From Acidimicrobiales bacterium (GTDB taxonomy: Bacteria > Actinomycetota > Acidimicrobiia > Acidimicrobiales > Bog-793): a stretch of 56,499 nucleotides of DNA. A program made the position numbers and the translations under genes. The stretch lies in NCBI GenBank assembly GCA_049696635.1, contig JBAVUF010000341.1, positions 1 to 56,499 of the forward strand, written 5' to 3'. The notes under the pieces are model-generated. The model made no database searches. It was given only the letters and a program-made list of their open reading frames with translations, and was not told the DNA's origin. Shown piece by piece: positions 44,355-52,377 of the stretch; position 1 is the stretch's first letter; the number at the start of each line of letters is the position of its first letter.

Positions 44355-45973
44355 GCCTCGACACGCGCCACGGTCGGTTCCGCGACGACTTGCTGGCGGG
44401 ATCCCCCCATCAGCATCCCGAGGTATTCGCGCGAGGGGGGTTTTCTCGTGTTATCGATTTCGCCGACGATGCGCCCGGCGAAGAGCACGATGATCCGGTC
44501 GGAAAGTCCGAGGACTTCGTCGAGGTCCTCGGAAATCAACAACACCCCGATACCTTCGTCGCGGGCCGAGAGCAGAACCCGCCAGACCCGCTCGGCCGCC
44601 CCGACGTCAAGTCCGCTCGTTGGGTGCACGGCGACGAGAAAGTCACGAGCCGCCCGGAGCTCGCGAGCAATCAGAAATCGCTGGATGTTGCCGCCTGAGA
44701 GGTTGCCGACCTTGACCTTCGGATCACGCGTCGACACCTGGCCCGCGGCGAGCACCTCTTTTGCGAAACGGTCTACTTCGCCACGTCGCAGCCACGCGCC
44801 GCGAGTAAGGCGCTTTCGATCAGCGTCGACATCTAGCGCCTTCATGATCGCGTTGTTTGCGATCGATTCGCGCAGGATCATTCCTGTCGTGAGCCGATCC
44901 TCGGGGATGAAGCCGACGCCAGCGCGCACGAAGGCGACGGCGCTCTTGCCGGTGAGTTCCTCACCGCGCAGATAGATGGACCCGGATTCGACAGGTCGCA
45001 CTCCCGTAACGGCCTCAGAAAGTTCGCGTTGACCGTTTCCCGCGACGCCGGCGACGCCCACGATCTCGTGCATTCGCACTTCGAATGACACATCGTTGAG
45101 AACCACCGATCCGCGCCTGTCGCGCACCCTGAGACATTCGGCGCGGAGGATCGCCTCATGCGATGAGCATGACGATGAGCGAGCCTTGAGCACGACATCT
45201 ATGTCGCGACCGAGCATTTCCCGCGCGAGCAGACGCTCGTCGAACTCGCCCGCGGCGAGTGACGCAACGCGCTCGCCTGAACGGAGCACGGTAACCCGGG
45301 TTGATACCTCGACCACCTCACGTAACTTGTGCGTGATGAACAGAACGGCGCGTCCGTCATTTGCGAGATTGCGCATAACGCGGAATAGGACCTCGACTTC
45401 TTGAGGGGTGAGCGTCGCCGTCGGCTCGTCGAGGATGAGGATCGATGCTCCCCGGATAAGCGCGCGCAGAATCGCGACGCGTTGCTGCTCGCCGACGGAG
45501 AGGTCGCGGACGCTCACCTTCGGGTCGAGCTTGAAGCCGTACCGTTCGATCATCGCCGCCGCCTGCGCCGCGAGCGACCTCGTTCCCGAGATGCGACGAG
45601 CACCGTCCCATCCGATGAAGAGGTTCTCCGCGACACTGAAGCGCTCCACGAGCTGATAGTCCTGGTGGACCATGCCGACGCCATGGCGCATCGCTTGTTT
45701 CGGTGACGACGGCCGATACTGCTCGCCGTCGATCCGCATAACGCCGGAGTCTGGTGCGAATATGCCGGCGACGACTTTCATCAGCGTCGACTTTCCGGCC
45801 CCGTTTTCGCCGAGGATCGAATGCACTTCCCCGGCATAACTGTCGAAGTCGACACCGCGCACCGCTTCGAGCAGCCCGAAGGACTTTCTGACCCCCCGCA
45901 GCTGCAACTTGGCGGTGCGCGCGTCATTTCCCTCCGGGAGGGGCACGACCGTCTGAGTGTCGACGGTTCTCAC
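44351..45973 (-). CDS. Tandem-domain ABC transporter ATP-binding protein (sugar/nucleoside type)
   Basis: The first domain has GENGAGKST, LSVGEQQRV and LILDEPT. The second has GVAGNGQRE and LSGGNIQRF. The exact start is uncertain because the AGGGAG sits directly against GTG 45973. Confidence 0.85.
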   Translation of the reverse strand: MRTVDTQTVVPLPEGNDARTAKLQLRGVRKSFGLLEAVRGVDFDSYAGEVHSILGENGAGKSTLMKVVAGIFAPDSGVMRIDGEQYRPSSPKQAMRHGVGMVHQDYQLVERFSVAENLFIGWDGARRISGTRSLAAQAAAMIERYGFKLDPKVSVRDLSVGEQQRVAILRALIRGASILILDEPTATLTPQEVEVLFRVMRNLANDGRAVLFITHKLREVVEVSTRVTVLRSGERVASLAAGEFDERLLAREMLGRDIDVVLKARSSSCSSHEAILRAECLRVRDRRGSVVLNDVSFEVRMHEIVGVAGVAGNGQRELSEAVTGVRPVESGSIYLRGEELTGKSAVAFVRAGVGFIPEDRLTTGMILRESIANNAIMKALDVDADRKRLTRGAWLRRGEVDRFAKEVLAAGQVSTRDPKVKVGNLSGGNIQRFLIARELRAARDFLVAVHPTSGLDVGAAERVWRVLLSARDEGIGVLLISEDLDEVLGLSDRIIVLFAGRIVGEIDNTRKPPSREYLGMLMGGSRQQVVAEPTVARVEA

Positions 45974-46019
45974 CTCCCTGCCACGACAACGATTGCGACG
46001 TCGACTAATGACCGCGTTC

Positions 46020-47177
46020 TTACTTGCTGATCGTCACTCCGCGGACGTACCAGTTCCACTGGTCGTAGATGTACATCGTGCTCAGGCACTTACCCTTCGA
46101 CACCCGAAGCTTGCCCGAAGTGTCGTAGATCGGGCCGCAGAATAAGTTCTTGCCGCTTTTCATCTGCGCGTATGTGGCGTTGACCTTGGTGCGGACGGAC
46201 TGCGGCACCTTGGAACCCCACGGCGCCAGCCTCAGTCCCGGCCCGAACCCGAACACTTCGATCCTGCCGCCGCGGAACGTCCCGTCGGCAACCTGCTTCG
46301 TCAGCTGCTCCAGCGCCGGAGCCCAGTTGATGATCTGCGACGTCACGAAGGAGTTTGGTCCTGACGAAACGCTGTTGCCCCAGCTGCCGAGTCCCCAGAC
46401 GTGACGCTTCTGCGCGACGACGACGGCAACCGGGTCGTTTTCGGTGGATCCGATGACGTCAGCTCCCGCGTCGATGAGCGCGTTCGCGTCCTCGGTCTCC
46501 TTCGGCGGGTTGTACCACGAGTTGACGACATCGACGATCGCCTTGCAACCAGGATGGGTTGATTGGCAGCCCAGGACGAGCGCGTTGAGCGTTTCGTTCA
46601 CCGGCGCCGGGAGGTTCGAGAACGCCGCAAGGAATCCGATCTTGCCGGTCTTGGTCAAAAGTCCCGCCGCCATACCCTCGAGGTACGCCGGTAACCAGTT
46701 TTCGTCGTAGAGCGAAACGACGTTGTTCGGGAAAGGTTTCACGCCGTTGCTTTCGACGCACGCCACCTTCGGGTACTTGGCGCACGCGGCGTAAAAGAGC
46801 GAACCACCGTCACCCGGATCGAAAAGGATCTTCGCTCCAGATGCCACCATGCCCTCGCCGGTAGTCGTCCATTGGCTCGTATATGGCGTGTTCTGCGTGT
46901 AAGTCGCCTTGATCCCGAGGTTGTGCTCGAGATACTGCTGGGCGAGGTACCACTCCTCGTCATAGCCCTTATCGCCGACCGAACCGTCATAGATCCAGCC
47001 GGTCTTCAGCCCGACCGTCGTCGATCTCGACCTTCCCGTCTTGTGCGACGTCTTCGCCGCCGACGCGACCGTCGCACTTCCCGCGACGACAATCGAAAGC
47101 GCGCCCAGTACTAACGCGACCTGGGCCACGCCGGGAAAGCGCTTCCCGAACCTCGAGACTTTCGCTCTTTCGCTCAT
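46020..47177 (-). CDS. BMP-family (Med/PnrA-like) ABC substrate-binding lipoprotein/secreted protein
   Basis: ATG 47177 is preceded by AAGGAGG. The signal-like segment is FPGVAQVALVLGALSIVVAGSATVASAA. The block GWIYDGSVGDKGYDE is typical of the BMP family. Confidence 0.8.
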   Translation of the reverse strand: MSERAKVSRFGKRFPGVAQVALVLGALSIVVAGSATVASAAKTSHKTGRSRSTTVGLKTGWIYDGSVGDKGYDEEWYLAQQYLEHNLGIKATYTQNTPYTSQWTTTGEGMVASGAKILFDPGDGGSLFYAACAKYPKVACVESNGVKPFPNNVVSLYDENWLPAYLEGMAAGLLTKTGKIGFLAAFSNLPAPVNETLNALVLGCQSTHPGCKAIVDVVNSWYNPPKETEDANALIDAGADVIGSTENDPVAVVVAQKRHVWGLGSWGNSVSSGPNSFVTSQIINWAPALEQLTKQVADGTFRGGRIEVFGFGPGLRLAPWGSKVPQSVRTKVNATYAQMKSGKNLFCGPIYDTSGKLRVSKGKCLSTMYIYDQWNWYVRGVTISK

Positions 47178-47251
47178 GCTCCCCCTCCTTAGTTTGTCGA
47201 ATGTGGAATGAACATCGTCGAGCACTCGGTCTCGTGACTTCGCCGCTCGCA

Positions 47252-47965
47252 CTAGGTCGAAGCCTGCGCCGCGGCAGCCGTGACGTGCGCGCCGACACTC
47301 GTGACTCGCGCCGCATCCTCACCGGTACCCTCAACCCGCGCGATCACATCGCTGACCGAAGCGACTTCACAGAATCCCGCAGCAAGCGTCGACAGTACGA
47401 CGCGCTGCACTTCCGCGTGGCTGATTGGACCCCAACCGAGGTCGGGAATGTCGAGCGCCGCGTTCCCATCCGAGAGGAAGATGACTCGGTAATCACGGAA
47501 CATCGCGTCGCGCGCAGTCGATTCGCAGCAAATATTCGTCGCTACCCCGCCGACGATGAGCGTCGTTATTCCTTTCGTGTGCAACACGGTCTCGAGGTCG
47601 GTGTTATAAAACGCGCTGTATCGAGACTTCCGGATGACGATCTCACCTGGGGCCGGTGCGAGCGCATCGACGACCTCGACACCTCGTGTCCCCTCAATCA
47701 AGGTAATCGGACGGCGATCCGAATCGACGAGGTGCGTGAAAGACTCCGCCATACGACCCATGTCGCTGCCGTCGGCGCGGTGCATATGAGAGGTGTACAA
47801 GACTTCGACGCCAGCCCGTCGACAGACATCGATCAGCTCGGCGAGCCTCGGGATGATCTCCCGTCCGGCGGCGCACTCTTGGGGGACGCCGGGCTCGAGA
47901 AAGTCGTTAGTCATGTCGACCACGACGAGCGCGGTCGAATCCCGATCGACGCGGAAACGCTCCAC
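47252..47965 (-). CDS. Isochorismatase-family cysteine hydrolase (RutB/ureidoacrylate amidohydrolase-like)
   Basis: ALVVVDMTNDF, KSRYSAFYNTDL and LIVGGVATNICCESTARDA are present. GTG 47965 is preceded by AAGGGGGAA. Confidence 0.8.
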   Translation of the reverse strand: MERFRVDRDSTALVVVDMTNDFLEPGVPQECAAGREIIPRLAELIDVCRRAGVEVLYTSHMHRADGSDMGRMAESFTHLVDSDRRPITLIEGTRGVEVVDALAPAPGEIVIRKSRYSAFYNTDLETVLHTKGITTLIVGGVATNICCESTARDAMFRDYRVIFLSDGNAALDIPDLGWGPISHAEVQRVVLSTLAAGFCEVASVSDVIARVEGTGEDAARVTSVGAHVTAAAAQAST

Positions 47966-48134
47966 GGGTTCCCCCTTAAAGGTGTCTCACAAATCCGGCG
48001 TCCACGCTCAGGGCAGGCTTGCCCGCGTTCGTGAGTCCTGATTCATGATTTACGTCTGAGATGGGACCATATCTGCGCGAAGCGAGAGCGTCAAGACATC
48101 ACAGCGCCGTCATAGGAGCTATTCGACGGCGGCG

Positions 48135-49529
48135 TTACGCCTCGTGAACCCACAGCGGGGAGGCGCCAGGTGTCGAGCGGAGGTCCTTCCAACGTCGGGG
48201 CTTTCCGTCCACGAGCCCGGTTTCGTCGACTTCGCCGCTGTCTAGCGCGCGTGCCGTGAGTTCGAAACGGAGTCCGGTCTCCTCGCGAAGGCACCTGGAC
48301 AGTTCCACCGTGATCAATCCGATCGCGTCAGCGCCGACCGTCGGTTCGAGCGCGAGCTCCATTGACAGCCGCACCTGGGCGCGAGCGTCGATCCACACGA
48401 CCGCGTTGTAGTCGAGCACGGACGGCGTCGAAAGAACGACGCGGTCCACGATGTTGGGCCAAAGATTGCGATCTCGAATCCGCAACATGTCGTCGATTCG
48501 CCCGACTGAACCGGCCTCGATCCCATCGAAGCAACGCCCGCAGGGACACGAAGTGCCCGAGCGAAAGGTCGCCCGATCGCCGGTACCGTACCGAACTAGC
48601 GGCATCGCACGTCGCCCGAGCACAGTGAGCACGATCTCGCCTTCGTCGCCCTCGTCGACGTGTTCGTTGGTCTTCGGGTCGATCACTTCGAGGACGTATT
48701 GGTCAGGCAAACCGTGGATAACGCCGGGCCTACCTTGGGCAACCATCCCTCGCTCGCATGTCCAGGCTATGCACCGTTGACTGCTGCCATACTGCTCGTA
48801 CAAAGTGGCTCCCCATGCCTCCGACCACCGTTCCGCGATTTCGACGTTCCATCCACCTCCCGTCAAAAGAATCGATTTAAGACCGGGAAAATCGCGCCGC
48901 AATTCGTAACCATTTTCCGAGGCGAGATACATCAGTCGTTGGAGGTAATGGCTCCCGAGGAGCATCTGTTCAACACCATATCGATGCATATATTCGAGAC
49001 GGCCGATTGTGCGTTGACCACCAAGGCGAATCGTGTTGCAGCCGAGCTCGTATAGCGCGAGCGTCCACCAGTAACCCGCTGCCGTCATCCCCACAGGGAA
49101 GTACAACGCGACGACTGTCCCTTCGGTGGCGCCCGCCCAGATAAATCCCGCCTTTTCCGCCCTGACGATCGCGTTCAGATCGGCGGCGTCGAGCGCCTGC
49201 ACCTCGCGTCCTGCAGCGGTCGTTCCACTCGATTCAACGACGTTCACAATCGAAGAGGACGATCCGCCAAGGCGGCTCCCGTAAGGCGGATGGTCGGCGA
49301 TGTCATCGAGGATGTCAGTTTTGCGCACGATTGGGAGATCACGAAGACCCGCCACACCACGGACGCGGTCGAGACGAATGCCTTCCTTCTTGTAACGGGA
49401 TGTGAAGAACGCGTTCTTTTGGATCGCGTCGAGGGTCTCCGCCACAAGGCTGTCTTGAAGTCTTCCGATCTCACGAGCGTCGAGCGTTTCCAATTCTCGA
49501 TCGAAATACCGCGGAGTACTTGTGATCAC
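48135..49529 (-). CDS. PaaK-like adenylate-forming aryl/arylacetate-CoA ligase (coenzyme F390 synthetase family)
   Basis: The N-terminal ELETLDAREIGRLQDSLV...LRDLPIVRKTDI, the SSGTTAAGRE P-loop equivalent, YGSSQ, and LVRYGTGDRA followed by GRIDDMLRIR match the PaaK architecture. GTG 49529 is preceded by GGAGGT. Confidence 0.75.
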   Translation of the reverse strand: MITSTPRYFDRELETLDAREIGRLQDSLVAETLDAIQKNAFFTSRYKKEGIRLDRVRGVAGLRDLPIVRKTDILDDIADHPPYGSRLGGSSSSIVNVVESSGTTAAGREVQALDAADLNAIVRAEKAGFIWAGATEGTVVALYFPVGMTAAGYWWTLALYELGCNTIRLGGQRTIGRLEYMHRYGVEQMLLGSHYLQRLMYLASENGYELRRDFPGLKSILLTGGGWNVEIAERWSEAWGATLYEQYGSSQRCIAWTCERGMVAQGRPGVIHGLPDQYVLEVIDPKTNEHVDEGDEGEIVLTVLGRRAMPLVRYGTGDRATFRSGTSCPCGRCFDGIEAGSVGRIDDMLRIRDRNLWPNIVDRVVLSTPSVLDYNAVVWIDARAQVRLSMELALEPTVGADAIGLITVELSRCLREETGLRFELTARALDSGEVDETGLVDGKPRRWKDLRSTPGASPLWVHEA

Positions 49530-49750
49530 GATCGCGAAGACCTCCGCGTCATTATTGGCATCCCTTCCTCGTCACCCGACGCTGGAGCAACCAATGCTCG
49601 CTGATTCCTTACTTCCTTCTCTCGAATTCTGCAGGAAGATCGCGGCTTCGGCTGTCTACCAGCGGAGTTCACGGCTTTCAACAAGCAGGGACGCGGTCGG
49701 TTGCGCTCGTCGCGCGCGCATAGCAACGAGTGGTTCCCAGTCAGTCGTCG

Positions 49751-50356
49751 TTAACGCGTCGAGTCGTCCACAACCTCGGCACCGCGTCGGGTCAACTCGC
49801 CCACAGTGGCATCCGTAATGCCCTCCGGTTCAGCCAAGTCCGCGCAAAGATCCAGCAGAACCCGGGTGTGAAGTCCGTTTTCGAGTGCGGCAAGCGCCGT
49901 TGCCTTAACGCAGACGCTCGTCGCAATCCCGACAACGTCGACGGATTCGACCTCTTGATTTTTGAGCCATTCAGCGAGCGGCACGCCATCGATATCTTCA
50001 CCTTCGAATCCCGAATATGCAGCAGCGTACGCGCCTTTGCGGAAAACGCTGTCGAACACCTTGGACACATCGACCATCGATCCGAGATTCGGGTGGAACT
50101 CGGCGCCGTCCGTATTCGCGATGCAGTGCACCGGCCACGAGTCAACCCAATCCGGTGGGTCGCCAAAGTGCCCTTTGGGGTCTACGTGCCAATCTTGTGT
50201 GGCAGTAACCGCCGCGTATGACCCGCCAAATTGAGCGAGGTACTCGGAGACCCGAGATGCGCACGACGCGCCGCCAGGTACAGGGAGTGAGCCTCCCTCG
50301 CAGAAATCCCGCTGCAGGTCGACGACGATGAGGGCGCTAGGCCTACATTTCGACAT
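49751..50356 (-). CDS. pncA: Nicotinamidase/pyrazinamidase
   Basis: ALIVVDLQRDFCEGGSLPVPGG, TQDWH, WPVHCIANTDGAEFHP, YSGFEG and VDVVGIATSVCV (catalytic Cys) follow the PncA pattern throughout. Confidence 0.85.
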   Translation of the reverse strand: MSKCRPSALIVVDLQRDFCEGGSLPVPGGASCASRVSEYLAQFGGSYAAVTATQDWHVDPKGHFGDPPDWVDSWPVHCIANTDGAEFHPNLGSMVDVSKVFDSVFRKGAYAAAYSGFEGEDIDGVPLAEWLKNQEVESVDVVGIATSVCVKATALAALENGLHTRVLLDLCADLAEPEGITDATVGELTRRGAEVVDDSTR

Positions 50357-50486
50357 CGAATCGATCCCGGATAGACAACGCGTCGACGCTCACTACTCGT
50401 GAGAATAAGGGACCCCGCGACGCCATGCAGGCGAGCCCGCGAAACGAGCACGAGTCAAATTCTCGGTCCGTTTCACGCACCGCTGT

Positions 50487-50499
50487 GCCTTGGCAAGGC
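50487..50499. promoter_or_regulatory. Perfect 13-bp palindrome GCCTTGGCAAGGC upstream of pncA
   Basis: Read directly. It lies about 130 nt upstream of the pncA ATG in a 302-nt non-coding gap. A single-nucleotide centre makes a hairpin unlikely, so a protein-binding site is more plausible. Confidence 0.3.
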
Positions 50500-50658
50500 C
50501 AACGCGTGGCCGTTGTGGCACGCGCACGGTTGACTCGCCAGCGGACACCTGGCTAGCTGCGCGGATCGTTGGACCGAGTGGACGTCCGACCTTCGGGTTG
50601 TCGGCCCGAAGATACCTCGACCGCGCGACAAGCTCTGTCGTAAACCCCGACTTCGCTC

Positions 50659-50952
50659 TTACGGTTGACAGGTGCTGCACCTATCAGCATGTATTCCGCA
50701 CGTCACCATCGTCCAGCTGTCGATGTCCTCCTTTGTTGGGCTGCACACCTTGCTTTGGTCCGTAGTAGTCCAGGGCACATCTCCCTCAAGGTGCATGCAT
50801 GGCACCCGGTGCAACATCAGGTAATGCGCTGATGGTTTACGAGCTGCATTCAAGACGTAGCCTTGCCAATGTTGGCGATACCAGTCGTTATAGGCACCTT
50901 CATCATCAACGAACGCCTCGAGAGGTTCCGGAGCATCGAAGTCAGCCGCCAT
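50659..50952 (-). CDS. Hypothetical small Cys/His-rich protein (97 aa)
   Basis: ATG 50952 is preceded by GAGG at a 7-nt spacing, and the ORF lies in a locally lower-GC stretch. It contains HRVPCMH, KVCS, VTCGIH and CSTC. I recognise no family. Confidence 0.5.
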   Translation of the reverse strand: MAADFDAPEPLEAFVDDEGAYNDWYRQHWQGYVLNAARKPSAHYLMLHRVPCMHLEGDVPWTTTDQSKVCSPTKEDIDSWTMVTCGIHADRCSTCQP

Positions 50953-51055
50953 TTTTCAACCTCATCAACGAGTAATTGATGGGCAGCGTATGGGCTCCTC
51001 CACGCTCCCCGCGCGAGCAATCAGGCGGTAGCGCGAGTCCGGGCACGCGATCGGC

Positions 51056-51325
51056 TTAGCTCGGTCGATAAATGTCGCGTCTTCGGCCTACTCGCTCGAC
51101 TCTCACGATGTCGTCCGTCTCATCGATGCGATATATGACCCGATACTCGGCGCGCCTTGCCGAGTAGCGGCCTTCGAGTTCGAATCGAAGCGGCTTTCCG
51201 ACGCGACGAGGATCTCGCGCCAGTTCGCCGTAGATGAACTCGACGACGGCGGCCGCCACTCGCGGGGAACGTTCGGCGATCTCGTCCATGTCGCGAGACG
51301 CCCGCGGCGTCCAGCGAATCTCCAC
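51056..51325 (-). CDS. Type II toxin, RelE/ParE family
   Basis: VEIRWTPRASRDMDEI...GKPLRFELEGRYSARRAEYRVIYRIDETDDIVRVERVGRRRDIY is the classical RelE/ParE pattern. GTG 51325 has an in-frame TAA immediately upstream. Confidence 0.85.
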   Translation of the reverse strand: MEIRWTPRASRDMDEIAERSPRVAAAVVEFIYGELARDPRRVGKPLRFELEGRYSARRAEYRVIYRIDETDDIVRVERVGRRRDIYRPS

Positions 51326-51376
51326 GCGTTAGAGCAAGTCTCGGCGAACTGCAGTGCTCATCGACAGTGGCTCGGA

Positions 51377-51405
51377 GATCAGCCTGTCGCACCGACAATC
51401 TGATC
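51377..51405 (-). other. Hairpin in the antitoxin-toxin spacer: GATCAG-AT-TGTCG-GTG-CGACA-GG-CTGATC (minus-strand reading)
   Basis: Read directly. It has 6-bp plus 5-bp stems with a 2x2 internal loop and a 3-nt apical loop, and lies inside the 88-nt gap between the phd/yefM stop (51414) and the relE/parE start (51325). Confidence 0.5.
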
Positions 51406-51413
51406 CGTTGTCA

Positions 51414-51689
51414 TTAGCGAATCCAGCGCGCCCGCGCGTCGGCTTCGGTGACCGACTCATCCAAATCCTTCGCGATCTGGTCCTCCGATTCCCCTAGCGC
51501 GGCGAGGGTTTCGCGATCGGAGAGGATTTCGAGCGTTTCTTCGAGGCTTTCGAGGTCCTCGACACTAACGACGACAACCGCCGGGACGCCGTTGCGGGTG
51601 ACGACGACGCGATCATGCTGCTTGGTCACCCGGTCGACGATCTCGGAGAACCGGTCCTTGACGGCAGCGAGCGGGAGGGTGTCGGACAT
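51414..51689 (-). CDS. Type II antitoxin, Phd/YefM family
   Basis: MSDTLPLAAVKDRFSEIVDRVTKQHDRVVVTRNGVPAVVVVSVEDLESLEETLEILSD is the classical Phd/YefM pattern. ATG 51689 is chosen over TTG 51710. Confidence 0.85.
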   Translation of the reverse strand: MSDTLPLAAVKDRFSEIVDRVTKQHDRVVVTRNGVPAVVVVSVEDLESLEETLEILSDRETLAALGESEDQIAKDLDESVTEADARARWIR

Positions 51690-51696
51690 GGCCAGA

Positions 51697-51702
51697 ATTA
51701 TA
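51697..51702 (-). promoter_or_regulatory. Consensus -10 hexamer TATAAT 7 nt upstream of the antitoxin ATG (possible leaderless transcript)
   Basis: The minus strand reads GGC-TATAAT-TCTGGCC-ATG. There is no Shine-Dalgarno sequence between the hexamer and the ATG. The -35 is only weak (CTGAAC, 15-nt spacer). Confidence 0.45.
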
Positions 51703-51789
51703 GCCACCAAAGACCCGGTTCAGCCTGTCGGCGCGAACGTCTCCCGCAGGAATCGCAATGAAGCGGTGCTCGCGCACCCCTTCCCGCGA

Positions 51790-52377
51790 TCACAAGCTTC
51801 GGCCGTCGCAAACGTGGGAAACGAGCCGCGAGACGAGCTCGGCGGCGGTGATGTTCGTCGAGTCGAGCTCAAGATCGTAGGAGGCGTGCCGGTGGACGAC
51901 GGCACTCAACCCGCGGGCTAGGCCCGGCGCTCGGTCACCCCGGTCGTGCTCTCGGGCCTCGGCGACGTCCGGATCACAACGCAGAGCGACCCACGTCACG
52001 TCGAGTCCGACGAGCGCCCCTCGCCAGTCCGCGGCCGCCTCCGCGTCGAGACAAACTTCGTCGACGATGACGTCGAAACCCTCTCGGGCGCAGACGGCGA
52101 CGGTGCGGTGGTAGGCGGCTTGCAGCCGCCGACCCCGCTTTCCGAGATGGACTCGTATCCCAAACGGTTCCTGGACGAACCGCATCCCGTCCTCTCCAAA
52201 CGGCCCATCGGTGGCCCACTCCCGCACGAGCTTCATGTTGAAGTCGTCGGTCGCAACCGGCAGCCACCATTCGCCGGCGGCCGCTCGCTGTTCGATGAAC
52301 AGGCTGACGATCGTCGACTTTCCCGAGCTTGACGTGCCGTTGAGAATGACGACGCGTCCGGGCGACAATTCAGTCAT
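51790..52377 (-). CDS. Chloramphenicol-phosphotransferase-like (CPT family) P-loop kinase
   Basis: VVILNGTSSSGKST P-loop, DDFNMKL, VIVDEVCL, LDVTWVALRCDPDVAEAREHDRGDR and YDLELDST parallel my recollection of Streptomyces venezuelae CPT. The start is ATG 52377, with 52410 and 52452 as alternatives. Confidence 0.75.
   Translation of the reverse strand: MTELSPGRVVILNGTSSSGKSTIVSLFIEQRAAAGEWWLPVATDDFNMKLVREWATDGPFGEDGMRFVQEPFGIRVHLGKRGRRLQAAYHRTVAVCAREGFDVIVDEVCLDAEAAADWRGALVGLDVTWVALRCDPDVAEAREHDRGDRAPGLARGLSAVVHRHASYDLELDSTNITAAELVSRLVSHVCDGRSL

Noticed and set aside
50393-50765. ORFs 50393-50680 (minus, 95 aa) and 50490-50765 (plus, 91 aa) in the pncA upstream gap.
   Set aside because: They overlap each other and the 97-aa ORF, have basic low-complexity composition and no RBS. 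The region is better explained as non-coding regulatory DNA.
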